A DNA stretch of 64,000 nt from Geosiphon pyriformis uo1 (Eukaryota; Fungi; Glomeromycota), in NCBI GenBank assembly GCA_016748015.1, contig JAAOMT010000617.1, positions 566,635 to 630,634 of the forward strand, read 5' to 3'. Positions 47,550 to 62,100 of this stretch are shown here, one piece after another. Made by a program: the position numbers and the translations under genes. Under the pieces are notes generated by a model. That model ran no database searches, was not told the DNA's origin, and saw only the letters and a program-made list of their open reading frames with translations. Each line of letters begins with the position of its first letter. The stretch's first letter is position 1.

Positions 47550-50500
47550 TTTTATGGTTGAAACCTATACTTCTTATTAATTATCACATGTATTAGCCAC
47601 TAATATTATATAATTAGCCACTCTATTTTTAGATAGTGATCATTGACCTGATCAATGACCTGATCATTAATTTTTTTTTTTGTTAACATGTAGCCACATT
47701 GATTATTTACTAGTTAAGTCAACAGTAATATGATGGTTTTATAAAGTCAGCTCACTCAATAATACAAGAATTACAAAATGCAGCTAACCACAAGTGAAAA
47801 GTCCTAACTACACACTAGTACTACCTATGCTACTAAGTGTATTAAACATATCTAATTTATACATTTTACTCATAATGCTAACAAGTTCATGACTATTCTT
47901 AATTATACCACTCATTCACTTAGCAGTTAGATTAGGACTGGATTTGATACTGAATGGCTGATCTTCCTATAAATGTATCATAATATTGAATGTGTTATCA
48001 TAGACAAAAAAATTTTTATCTTCGACATTATTATTATTATTATTATTATCTATGTCATTATTATCTGATATATCTTCCAAGCAGACCTGTTCACACTTTT
48101 TTTCTAGGCATGTCAATCTTTTCTGCATTACAATAGCAACAACAGCCAAGTCTTTATTCTGCTCAGCCAACTCAGCTACACTTTCCTTAATAAACACATC
48201 CACAGCAGGTAAAGTAAACAACAATTTGGTAACTAAAACAACCAGAGCACCAACAGGCTCAACCAAAAATTTTATCAGCAAAGATAGTTTACCAAGATGG
48301 GATTTCAGAGAAGCCAACTTAGCTTCAACAGTATTATTAATAGCAGAAGGAGCAACAGGCAACATAAGTGTAGTAGTTGGGAGGAGACCACCAAGATCCA
48401 AGTTCATATCAGCAGCAGCAGCAACAGGAGAAACCATGATAGCAGCAGCTTTAGCATAAAATTTGGATCCTGCAAATGAGAATTTAAAAACTTTGGGGCC
48501 ACCAAAGAAGTCAGAAGAGACTTTGAGAAAGAGAGGTGGAAACACCTTGCATTTTAAAGCCAAATGGTCCAGACCTTAACACCTATAGCAGTGGTGACAT
48601 CCAGAAGTTTCCTACCAAATGTGGCAGCCACATAAGGTACCAGTTTTAGAAACAACAATGTTCAAAGATTCCAAAAAATCAAAGATAACTACAGCAAACC
48701 ATTGACATTGATAAGAATCAGGGGAGTGGAGAATGAAACATGTACAGCCACCAACCTAGGAGACCAAATCACTTATTTCAAATACAGTACAGCCAAAGGG
48801 AAGATTGACCAGCTTAGCTTTGAAGATATCTCTTAAGGAGATAATTTCTTTTTGGTTGGTAATAAAAAAAATTCTAATACTGTCTTTTCTGACCAAAACA
48901 GACCAGTGAAAGAGAGCAGTAGCAGCAGAAAAAGTGTCTTTAAAATGAACCACAGCATATTGCCATAAGCCAGTAGGCTTTAACTTAACAGAAGTAATAA
49001 CACCAAAATTGCCAAGAGCAGTTTTAATGTCATCAGAAGAGATACCCAAGGGTACGTTGTACAGTGCAACTAACAGAGAGAGAGAAGAAACAGAGACCAC
49101 ACCAGAAGACTGTGCAATCTTAAGAGTGGTCAAAAAATTTCCATCACCAATAGCCACTTTGATGACACCAGTTAGACTCTCTTAAAATGCAAATTTTACA
49201 CAGAATAACTTAACAGTATCTCATAAAACTGACTTAAGCCCAATACAATCAGGCAGCAGCTAAAACAAAGAACAAAAAAGAGCCATTTTAATCTTGAATG
49301 TGGCACCAGATACTAGATTGGAGGCCACCCAACCAGAGAACCTCTGATGACCATTTACATTTTTCCAAGCACTACTATCAGTAGTACCAGAAACTGGAGG
49401 AGAAACAGTTGATTCCATTTCTATCTGATCAGCCCAATCTTTAAGATCATCTGGATTGATAGACTGTTTTACTACTGAGATTGGTGATGATTTGCTAGAG
49501 AGTACCACATTAGGCAACACAGCCAGTAGTTGATCTTGGCCCATCTTGAGAGATGTGCTGCTGCTGTTGCCATCCATATCAGGAAGAAAGCTGGCTGCTG
49601 CTGTGGAGATCTTACTGAAAATCTCATTTGGAACCACAAAGGAGTTTGGTGTGACCATAACAGTTGTGACTGCCTGCTGCTGTTTTTTGGAATTTTTTGC
49701 TTTTGCAGCCATTTGTGAAGCAGTAGTAGTAGAAGTAGTAGTCAGAGTGGTGAGAGCAGGAAAAACCAACTTGTTGACTGGTCTGTTATTAAAAATCTTT
49801 GGGCTTTTAGAAATAGTGGAGACAACACTGGGACTAACCCAAGTGTGTCTTTTGGAAGGAATTTTGACTGGAAAAGAACTACCAGCCAAAGGTGAAAAAA
49901 ATGAATCAGAAGCTGCTAAAGGCAGCTTTTCACTAATATTTTTTAAAGGAAATGTAGCCAAAACGTTATGTCTAGCTGCTTAAATAACAGAGAGACTCTT
50001 TTGTGTTAAAACTTTATTAATTACTATAGAAAAAGTAACATTTGCAACTTTTTTACTCTTAGTTCTATTCGTGGTCATAAAATTTAGAAAAGAAAAAGTT
50101 TAATTTGTTAGTGCATACCTGATCATTAATCTAATCAATAATTTGACCATTGACCTGATCATTGACCTGATCATTAACTTGATCATTGACTATTTTTGAT
50201 AGCTATATAAGCAATGAATTTCTTAGCTGTAGAAAAATATAAAAGAATCAAAAAAAAATAAATAAAATAACAACTTTCATCTCAATTATTCTCTTATTGC
50301 TAATTTCTCTTTCCTTACTTTCAAGTATCTGAACATCTTGGGATAAAAGATTACTTGTTGGTTATTCTCTATTTTTTCCTAAAATGTGTAATTGCAGCAT
50401 TTAAAGATTATTGAATAAAATGTGAGTGAAGAATACATCTGATATCTAATATTGAATTCTAAAAGTGCTGACATGAAGCATAGAATTATATCAGTGTGTG

Positions 50501-53500
50501 ATCATTTGTTGACAATACAGACTATTTCTCTATCTTCAGATTCTGTGGTTATTTTTTGAAAAGTATAGTGACTGAGATATTTTATGAAACTGATCTTGCA
50601 CATTGAATCCATACTTATTTAATTCACTCTTTGAAGTTGAATTCTCTTTAATTCTTTTTATTACTCTACAATCTTGTTTTCCCTTGCTATCTATTAGCTT
50701 GTTACTCCAACCCATAACATAAAAGTGGTGCTCCCTGTGAGATTATCAAAATCTACTTTGTTTTTTATTGTATGGGTAATTATTCATACCTGTCACAACA
50801 ATCAGAAGAACACTTTGAAGCATACAACAAAAATGATCTAGACTTTATTGAACTCAATTCTTTGCCCTCCTGCTTAATTTGCTTCCTTATTGAAAAACAA
50901 TCTAACAGACAATTCCAAAACTTTTGGAACTGGTTCTTGAACAAACATTCAGCTGAAATTTACATAGCCTATACAACCTATTACTTTGACCAAACTTATT
51001 TTGAAAACAACTTTAAAGAAAAAAACAACAATACCAATCAACTTTTATACTCCACAACCTTTGAACAACAGCCCCCTGATTTTGAATATCTGAATCATTA
51101 AATTCACATTTGGATTGCTGCCCATTAATCAACTGAAATTTTCTTTGAAACAGAAGAAGAAAGCTACCAAACTGCTTTTGTTTTTGATCTTTTATTAAGT
51201 AAATTAGACTCATTCATACAAACAGTTATCCCTGAACCAATGGCTAATAATCTTATACAAGCAAATATCCTGGCCACCCTCCAAGGTATATAAACTGCTT
51301 TAGAAAGAAGAAATAATACTCCACTACCACTGTTTAGAGGTAATACACAAGATCCAATTGAATAGTTGGATAACTTTGAAAGAACTATTACAGCCAATCA
51401 ATATGATAATAAATACAAGTTCCAAATTGTTGGTAGCTATTTTTAAGGCTCTCTTACTACCTGGTTTTTACAAGAAACAGATGCCAATGCCCATCAAAGA
51501 ATTATTAGATGAACACCTGCAAATGCTGGAGAAAACAACATTTCTTTCACTATTCAGTTTGAAAATAAGTTTAGAACCCCAATCTTGATATTTAAGTGGT
51601 GCATGGCCCAGGAAAAGTAGTAATTGAATATGCCAAAGCAATAAAAAAGCTAATTAAATAGGTAGACTCAGAAAAAAATCAGACAGAAAAACAGAAAATA
51701 TATTTCTTTACAAAAAGATTGAGAACTGATCTCTTATATGCTCTTTGGCTCCTCCTGGTCTTGAAAAATAATCTCACAATAGATATGGCCATTGAACTAG
51801 TCCAACAAATTGAAGATAACCAAAAAATGCACCTGGAATCTACTCTTCCAGTTTTTGCTCCTGCTTTTGCTATGGCTTCTGCTTTACAAATGACTGTTAT
51901 CTCTTTTACTGTCCAAACTCAAAACCCCAATAAACAGTAGATAGATAGACTTACAGCAAATCTTGCTTGGCTATTAGAACTATTAGTCCAAGCAGTCAGA
52001 AACAATCAGCAACCACAAAGACCCAGATTTGAACCCCTTATTAAAGACAGCAAAATTATGGTCCACCTGTATACTACTACTGTGGATTAACTGGATATTT
52101 CTCAAGAGATTGCAACAATCCTCCTTTGTCATCTCCAGCTCCAAAAAACAATAATAATCAAAACAACAAAATCATCAACCCAATCATATTAACATCAATT
52201 TCTTTGAAGAGGATCTTTTAGTTGAAGCCACTGTTTATTAGCCTTTAAACTAGTAAGCACACCTCCAAAGAGTAAGAGTATAAGCCAATCAAAAAAAAAT
52301 CTCTTTTATGCTTTTAACCTAATTGATGATAACCATTATATGAATAAACTGGCTATCAATCTCTCTGACTTGACAAGAAAGAAGAAGAAAGCCAAGGTTA
52401 ATTTTGTTCTAGATCTCAACAAAGCTTCAACTTCCACTGCTAATAACAATGAGTCACCAAAGACCAAAGTTTTTAAGAATTCTCCAAAGTTAGAACCTCC
52501 AGAAATAGTACAAAAATCTGGCTTTTATTCTGTTGTCAAAGATCTCATGGAAACGCCTGTTCATATTACCTTTGGTCAGTTAATGACCCATCTCCAATTT
52601 AGAAAAGACCTTCACAAATCTTTAATTCCCAAGAAAAAAACACCAAAGACCAATAAGTGATCATACCAAGCTGAACTTACTAACAACTGCAATGTTACCT
52701 CTCTTATTTGTAAAGCCCAAGTGGCTGGTTACTTCATTAATCTGATTTTGGACAGTAGATTATCTGTTAGCATCATTAACAAACACTTCTTAAAAGCAAT
52801 TGGCAAAAAGATTAATGAACTGTCCACAAGACCAATAACCAATGTATATTGTAACAAGAAAAAAGATCTAGACATAGCCAAAGCTGTTCTTGTCTGAATC
52901 AATAGCATCAGCATTGAAACTGACATAGAAGTATCTGAAGCAAAAAAATACACCATAATAGTTGGCAATAAATGGTCCAAGAAAGCAAAAGCCTTGCTTG
53001 ATTATGAACTCTGTGAACTAATTATCAGATGTAGTAAAAAACTCATCATAATTAAGTGTCACCATTGGACAACTTCTCTAGTATTTAAACAAAGCCAAAA
53101 AAAACAATAATCAGATGAATCAGATAATAAAGAAAATAACGAAGAAGATAAACAAGAAGAATAAAAAGAAACTGCTGAACTTGTCTATACCATCTTTACC
53201 AGCAATGACAAGTCATTAGATAATGTCAAAGCAGATAAAAAAAAATCATGGTAAATGGCAAGCTGATTTGCTGGCCCTACTATGATATTCTCAGAAGAAT
53301 CTTTGACAGAAAGCCTGGCAAGAAAGCCAAATACAGTTATTGGTGGCATGGTCCTTGTGCTCAGTGCTGGTGTGATAAACTATTATACTCTTCTAGTGAT
53401 AAATGCATGTCCTGCCTAATCTATTACAAAGATTGGAAACCAATCAGCTTGATACCTTACAAAGAAATAAAAGAAGTCCAAAAGTCTTTTGAAAATAAAC

Positions 53501-53647
53501 CCCCTAAGATCCAATTGTTAATTATAAAACAAAAAAAACTCTCCCCTAAAAAAAGAAAAGTGGACATTGAAAACTTATTGGCTAAAAATAGCCCAGTTAT
53601 ATCCAAAAAAGTGATGCTTCTAGATGCACTTATGTGATACAACATAC
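47550..53647 (+). mobile_element. Gy-F: gypsy copy (5' LTR split by H4, PBS, gag, PR), interrupted at 53648 by Gy-G
   Basis: LTR at 47550-47671 + 50131-50719. PBS at 50726. ORFs at 50772-53637. Confidence 0.88.
47672..50116 (-). mobile_element. H4: ORF1-only element (second subfamily) inserted in the U3 repeat array of the Gy-F LTR
   Basis: 14-bp TSD ACCTGATCATTAAT at 47658-47671 and 50117-50130. Poly(T) tail. ORF remnants at 47808-50078. Confidence 0.92.
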
Positions 53648-56018
53648 TGTTATAAGTTGGAATAACAAGCTAATAGATAGCAAAAGAGAACAAGATTATA
53701 GAGTGATGAGAAGAAATCAAATAAAATTCAACTTTAAAGAGCAAATTAAATAAGTATGAATTCAATATACGAAATCAATCTCATAAAATATCTCAGTTAC
53801 TATACTTTTCAAGAATAACCAGGGAATCTGAAGGTAGAGAAATAGTCTGTACTGTCAACAAATGATCACACACTGGTATAATTCTATGCTTTATGTTAGC
53901 ACTCTTAGAATTTAATATTAGGTATAAGATATACTCTTCAGTCATGTTTTATTCAATAATTTTCAAATACTGCAATTACATATTTTAGAAAAAGGGTAAA
54001 AAATAACCAACAAGTAATCTTTTATCCCAAGATGTTCAGATACTTGAAGGTAGAAAAAGAGAAATTAGTGATAAGAGAATAATTGAGATGAAAGTTGTTA
54101 TTTTATTTCTTTTATTTCTTTGATTCTTATATGCTTTTCTACAGTTAAGAGATTCATCACTTATATAGCTATCAAAAGTGGTTAATGATCAAGTCAATGG
54201 TCAAATCAATGATTACTTTCTAAAAATAAAGTAGCTAATTATATGACATCAGTGGCTAATACATGTAATAATTAATAAAAAATATAAGTTTCAACCATAA
54301 CATCATCTTTTCTAAAGAGATTGAGCTTTGGCAAAATCAAGCTATTCATATTGTAGTCTATTTGAAACATTTTATTTAACTTAAAGCTAACTAGTTTGTT
54401 GAAGTTTTTTGTGAATAGAATATATATAATATTTAAGATGAAATGAGTTTTGTATTCAAGAGACTAAATTTTTGTATTAGAGTTTTGGCTCTTTTAGCAA
54501 TAGTTAAAACTCTTAGAACATCTAACTATATAATGTCCAAAATTTCTGCCTGTATCTCTAAAGTTGTTTTTTCATGAGTTTCACATTGTTACTGGAGGTT
54601 TTTGGTCTCTTTTCTGTAATGTTGTTGATGCCTGTTTGCTGTGAATTCACATTTTCTGGATGTGGTTGAACCTTCAGTAACTGAATTTATCTTCAAATTA
54701 TTTCCTATAATTTGAACTGCTGGGCTTATAAGTGGAATGGCCAATTCTGTGCCAGTTGCTTTGTGTAGTTACGTTGTAATAAATGTCAATTCTTTCCCAG
54801 GAGTTGCTCATCTGGAAGCTCACTAAAATGTGTAGTTATTTTGCTGTGAAAATCAACTCTTCTACAGGAATCTTGTCTGTAGGCTACCCTAATGATTATG
54901 ATAAGAAAATAAAATAAAAAAAATAAAAAAATGTAAAAGAAATAGAATTCTGTCAAGGGAAACGTTTTCTATTCAAGTCTGGAGTTACTAACAGTTTACT
55001 GAAATTGGTAGCTAATCAATTTCAAAATGTTAGTTGGGTTTTGGGGATTTTCCAAGTGCAATAATTAAAGAATTTTGTTTTTCAAATTATTTGATATTTA
55101 TTTTTTTTTGTGTGTATATAAAATGGTTCTAAGTGATAAATCTAAAGTAAGATATATTTTCTCGAAGAAAGAAGCTTTTCTTTTATACAACTTGTCATAA
55201 CACTATTCTATGAACTTGAACTTTGCTATTTTCTATAATTTTGCTGAACTAAAGATACATTTTGGTGAACTACAAGTTATTTCTGCAAACTATTAAATAT
55301 TTTGGTGAACTATCAATTATTTTGGCAAATTTCTTACAAATTTCAGCAAACTTTTTGAATGTTACATAATTCAGAGTATTGCATGATTGATCATCACAAT
55401 TAGGTTATATTTGTGTTATGTACAAATTGGGTTATTAATTAAATGATAATTTCGAATATTTTGCTAATGTAATAAGTGATAATTTGAAATGATAATATAT
55501 GCTAATTAATGATAAGATTTATAAAGGTAATTTCATGCTAAACAATATCTCTAATTTTGTCTGGTAACAACATCCTCTATAATTTCTCCAAAACAACCAT
55601 AAAGTTTTAATTGCCTTTTATATGACAAATTTTTGTCTATGGGCAAGATTTCTTGGATTGTTTTTCCAATTGTGTTAGAAGATAAGAATATAGCTGCTGT
55701 TATACTTTCTAACAGATATTTATTTATTTTGCTACTAATTCTTTCTCTTCTGGTAGTGGTTTTTTTTGGTCTAATAACAGTATGTGTTTTACTGTTATCT
55801 GTTATGGTGGTTTGTTTTCTAATGGTCAAAGTAGCATTTAGATAGTTTTTGATCCAATACTCATGGAAAGTATAAAAGGCATTTTAAATGTTTTAATCCA
55901 AAAAAAAATTGTTTATGTCAATTAAAGATATCTCTGTTTTGGGAATGGTATATTTATTTATACTTGATTTTTGTTGATTATTTGGGTTAGTATTACCACA
56001 ACAGGCAACCAATCAGGT
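53648..56018 (-). mobile_element. Gy-G: 3' end of a gypsy copy (3' LTR 53648-54302, PPT, ORF3, end of pol)
   Basis: LTR termini TGTTATAAG...CCATAACA. ORF3 homology at 54303-54586 and 55574-55920. Homology stops abruptly at ~56018. Confidence 0.85.
54587..55569. mobile_element. 983-bp insertion, probable solo LTR of a second LTR family
   Basis: Termini TGTTACTGGA...TCTGGTAACA. 4-bp TSD ACAT at 54583-54586 and 55570-55573. No ORF and no internal similarity to the main LTR. Confidence 0.8.
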
Positions 56019-56172
56019 AAATAAAAACTTATTTTTAAAACCATAAATTCTTAAATTATTATTGCTTTAAAATTAATTATTTTTTATTAATACTTTAAAA
56101 TTGATTAATTATTAATTTTAATAACTGTTAGTAACTTTTAGGTCTGAATTCAAAATAATTTCTTTAATATAT

Positions 56173-59100
56173 TGTTATGGTTAAAACTTATACTTCTTAT
56201 TAATTATCACATGTATTAGCCACTGATGTCATATAAATTAACCATTTTATTTTTAGAAAATGATCAATGACCTGATCAATGACTTGATCATTGACCTGAT
56301 CATTGACCTAGTCATTGACCTGATCATTGACCACTTTTGATAGCTATATAAGTAATGAATCTCTTAGCTGTAGAAAAGCATGTAGAAATCAAGAAAATAA
56401 AATAATAACTTCCATCTCAATTATTTTTTTATCGCTAATTTCTTTTTTCTTACCTTCAAGTATTTGAACATCTTGGGATAAAAAATCACTTTTTGGTTAT
56501 TCCTTACACTTTTTCTGAAAATATGTAATTGTAGTATTTGAAGATTATTGAATAAAATGTAACTGAAGAGTATATTTGATACTTGCTATTAAATTTTAAG
56601 AGTGCCGACATGAGGCATAGAATTATACCAAGTATGATTATTTGTTGACAATACAGACTATCTCTCTACCTTTAGATTCTTTGGTTATCTTTGAAAAATA
56701 CAGCAACTGAAATATTTTATGAGACTGATCTCACATATTAAAACACACAACAAAAACGATCTAAACTTTATTGAACTCAATCTTTTGCCCTTCTGCTTGA
56801 TTTGCTTCCCCATTGAAAAACAATCCAGCAGACAATTTCAAGACTTTTGAAGCTGGTTTCTGAACAAGCATTTAGCTGAAACCTACACAGTTTATACAAC
56901 TTATTACTTTAACCAAGCTTATTTTGAAGACAACTTTGAAGAAAGAAACAATAGTATCAATTAGCTCTTATATTCTACAACCTTTAAACAACAGCTCCCT
57001 AATTTCGAATATCTAAATTATCAAATCTACATTTGGATTGCTGCCCATTAAGCAACTGAAACTCCTTTTGAAACAGAAGAAGAAAGCTACCAAACTGCTC
57101 TTGTTTTTAATTTTTTATCAAGTAAATCAGACTCATCCACACAAACAGTTACCCCTAAACCAATGGCTAATAACCCCATGCAACAAAACATCCTAATCAC
57201 TTTCCAAGACATACAAACTGCTCTAGGGCAAAGAAACAATATCCCACTATTATTATTCAGAAGTAATGCACAAGATCTAATCAAATGGTTGGATAACTTT
57301 AAAAGAGTGACCACAGCCAACCAATATGATAATAAATACAAGTTCCAAATTGTTGGTGGCTATCTTTAAGGTTCTCCCACTACTTGGTTCTTACAAAAAA
57401 TCAATGCTAATGCTTAGTAAAAAATCATTAAATAAGCACCAGTAAATGCTGGAAAAGACAACACCTCTTTTACTACTTGGTTTGAAATAAAATTTAAAAC
57501 TCCTATCTTAATATCCAAATAGCATATAGAATTAGAAAAAAAAAATCAAGACTCTGGTAAGGTTGTAACAGAATATGCCAAAGCAATAAGAAAACTCATT
57601 AAACAGGTAGATTTTAGAAGAAATTGGACAGAAGAGCAGAAAATACATTCCTTCACAAAAGGACTAAGAACTAATTTATTATATGCTCTTTGGCCTCTCC
57701 TGGCCTTGAAAGATAATCTCACAATAAATATGGCCATTGAACTTGTCCAAAGAATAGAAGATAACCAAAAAATGCACTTGGGATTCACTCTTCCAGTTTT
57801 TGCTTCTGCACCTATTATGGCTCCTGCTCCACAAATGGCTGCTATTTTTTTTGCTGCCCAAACTCAAGATCCAAATAAACAATTAATAAATAGGCTTACA
57901 GCAAATCTTGCCTGGCTATTAGAACCTTTGGCCCAAGCAATTAAAGAAAATCAACAAACCCAAAGACTCAGATTTGAACTCCACTTCAATCAGCTCCAAC
58001 AACCACCATATCAAAGACAGCAAAATTATGGCCCATCTGTGTGCTATCACTGTAGACTAACTGGACACTTCTCAAAAGACTGCAACAATCCTCCATTGCT
58101 TCTTCCAGCTCCTAGAAATAATAACACTCAGAATAACAGATTCAACAGTAATAATGTTCTTAATCAAAGACCCAATTATATCAACATCAATTTCTTTGGA
58201 GAGAATCCCCTAGTTGAAGCCACTGTTTATCAGTCTTTAAACTGATAGGTGCACTTCTAAAGGGTAAGAGTGCAAGCCAATCAGAAAAAAACCTTTTTTA
58301 TACTTTTAATCTAACTGATAATAATCATAATATGGATAAACTGGCAATCAACACCTCTGACTTACCAAAAAAGAAGAAAAAAGCCAAGATTGATTTCGTT
58401 CTAAATCCCAACAAAGTCTTAACTTCTGCTGCTAACAACAATGAGCCACCAAAGACTAAAGTTTTTAAAAATCCTCCAAAGTTGGAATCTCCAAAAATAG
58501 TACAAAAATCTGGCCCTTATTCTGTTGTTAAAAATCTCATGAAAACCCCAACACACATTACATTTGGCCAACTAATGACTCATCCATAATTCAAAAAAGA
58601 TCTTTGCAAATCCTTAATACTAAAGAAGAAGACACCAAAAACCAACAAATGCCTTTGTCAAGCTGGACTTGTTGACAACAGCAATGTCACTCCTCTGATT
58701 TGTAAAGCCCAAGTGGCTGGCTACTTCATTGATTTAATCCTAGGCAGTAGATTATCTGTCAGTGTAATTGCCAAACACTTTCTAGAAGTCATTGGAAAAG
58801 AAATTGATGAATCTTCTACTTGGTCTATGACCAATGTACATGGTAACAAAAAAAAAAGTTTGGGTATAGCCAAAGCTGTTTCTGTTCACATCAATGATAT
58901 TAGTATTGAAACAGATATGGAAGTATCTAAAGCAAAAGAGTATACTATTATTATTGGTAATGAGTGGCTTAAAAAAGCCAAAGCACTACTTAATTATAAA
59001 CTGTGTGAACTAACCATCAGATGTGGTAAAAAACCCATTGTAGTTAAATGCCATCATTGGACAACTCCTTCAACAACCAAACAGAACCAAGAAAAAAACA

Positions 59101-62100
59101 ATCAAATGAATCAAATGATGATGAAACCAATAATGAAGATCAAAAAGAACCAGAAGAAACTGCTGAACTCGCTTATATCATCTTCACCAGCAATGACAAG
59201 CCACTAGACAATGTTAAAGCTAACAAAGAAGGAATCATAGTAAATGACAAGCTGATCTGCTGGCCCTACTATGATATCTTCAGAAGAACCTTTGACAGAA
59301 AACCTGGCAAGAAAGCCAAATACAGTTATTGGTAGCATGGCTCTTGTACATGATGCTGGTGTAATAAACCTTTGTATTCACCAAGTAATGAATGCAAATC
59401 CTGCCTGATCTATTACAAAGATTGAAAACCAATTAGCTTGATACTTCAAGAAGAACTTAAAAAAGTACAAAAGTTCTTTGAAAATAAACTATCTGAAATC
59501 CAATTACTAGTTGTAGAACAAAAAGAACCTTTCCCTAAAGAAAGAAAAATAGATATTGAAAATCTGTTGACTAGAAATAGCCCAGTTATTTCAAAAGAAG
59601 GTGACACTTCTCGATAAACCCATGTGATGCAACACACCATCACTACAAAAGAAACTTGTTCCATCCATTTGAAGTTTTATCAATCCAATCGACACAATGA
59701 TAAGTTTATCAAAAAAGAAATAAACTGGATAAAAAATTTTGAATTCATACAAGAAACCAAAAGTGAATAGGCTTTCTCAGTTATAGTGGTATCTAAGAAA
59801 GGTAAAACTCTATGTTTTTGTGTTGACTATTATTAACTAAATACCATTACTATAAGAGACATGTACCCACTTCCCAAAATTGATACAATGCTAGATAAAT
59901 TCAATAGTGCTGCTTTCTTCTCAACCATTAACTTAACTGCTGAATTCTGACAAGTAGAGATAGATTCAGAAAGCAGAAAAAAAACTGCTTTCATCACCAA
60001 GTATGGCACCTATGAATTCACAGTCATGCTTTTTGGTCTTACCAATGCTTCTCCCACCTTTCAATGCCTAATGAATAAAGTATTTGAATCAGTAAAAAAA
60101 AACTTTGTTCTGGTTTACTTGAATGACATAATAGTATATTCAAAAACCTGGGATGAACACTTTGAACATTTACAGAAGATTTTTAATCTGCTCAGAAATG
60201 CTGGTCTTAAAATCAACCCAATCAAATCTTTTTTTGGATGCCAATCCACCCAGTTTTTTTGGTTATCTTATTACAAAAGATGGAATCTTCCCTGACCCAG
60301 CTAAAGTTGAAAAAGTTTAGAACATTAGACAACCAATGAATGTTCCTAAACTCTGCTCTTTTTTTGGTTTGGTCTCTTACTATTGCAAATTTATCAAAAA
60401 TTTTTCCAAAATTACCTTTCCTTTCAATCAGCTACTCAGGAAAAATATCAATTATTACTGGAGCATTCATCAACAAAAAACTTTTGAAATTCTGAAGAAA
60501 AAACTTGTTACTAAACCAATTCTCAAGCAACCTGATCTGGATCAATCTTTCATCCTCTACACTAATACATCTGGCTATAGACTTGGTGCTGTTCTTTTAC
60601 AGAAAGATAAAAATGGCAGAAAACATACCATAGCATATATCAGTAGATCTCTCACACCAACAGAAAAGAACTATTCAGTTAATGAACAAGAATGTCTAGC
60701 AGTAGTTTAGGCTACTAGCTACTGGGATTAATATCTTCTTAGTGCAAAATTCTTAATAGTAACAGATCATCAAGTCTTGGTTTGGCTGCACAATAAAAAG
60801 AAGCTAGAACACAAACAAATAACTAGCTGGATACTCCACTTGGATGAATTCGACTATGATATTCAACACCATAAAGGAGCAAATCATCAAAATGCCGACA
60901 CTCTCTTTAGACTTACCATCCAGTAATAGTACAACTTCTTAAACCAAACCAACTTAATTATTAGTAACTCCTTCACAAACAAACACGATAATGGACTTGG
61001 ACAACTATTCTGTCTTAATAGAATTTTTGGATAAAAGACAATATTCACCAGAATACACTCAACAGCAAAGAAAACATTTACGTAAACAATCAAATTTCTA
61101 TTTGATTCACCAGAACCAACTATATAAAAGAAATAGAAAAGATTCTGACTGCTCCCAAAGAGTCATCAGATTTGAAAAAAGAGAAATTGTAATATACAAC
61201 ATACATACTGACTTATTAGCTAGACACTTTGGAAAAACAAAGACAATTTAGAAAACTTTAGCTCATTATTATTGGCTTATCTTGGGAAAAGACATTGCTG
61301 AATACATCAAAACCTGTGACATCTGCCAAAGAAAAGGCAAACCCAATCACAAAGAAGATATCCATCCAATTTTTGTTGGTCAACCATTTGACAAAATTGG
61401 TATAGATATTGTTGAACTTTTAACAATCACTCCTGATGACAACAGATATATTATCACAGTTACTGACTATCTTACAAAATAGGTAGAAGCAAAAACCACC
61501 CCAGACCAAACAGCAGTCTCAATAACCAATTTCATTTATGAAGATATTATTTGCTGTTATAACTCCCTCAAAGAACTTTTATCTTATAGAAAAAGAGCTT
61601 TTTTTAATACACTGGTTGAAGAACTTTGTAGAAAAATGGGAATACATCATAAACTTTCTTTCTTTTATCATCTCTAAACAAATGGCTTAGTGGAATGTTT
61701 CAATAGAACACTATGTAAAACCCTAGCCAAAACCAGTAAAGAAACAAACTTATGAAACAAAATACTGTCTTTAGCTTTGTTTGCTTATAGAACTGTGAAT
61801 CATGACATAACAAGTTATGAATCTTTTTATCTGCTCTATAGACACATGGCAACACTACCAATAGAAACTGACATTAAAACAATACCCTTTGAAGAGATTA
61901 CAATAGGAAATTACAACGACATTTTGCAAAAAAAACTTGGTACCATTCTTAACTTCTTGGTAGAAGCACAAATAATTGCTTTTAAAAAGATAAAACAGTT
62001 CCAAAAAAAGCTTAAGAAAAAAAAAACCTATAAAACACTTTCTTTAAGTATTGGTAACTTGATATTAGAATACCATTCAGACAGAAACAATATCTATAAT

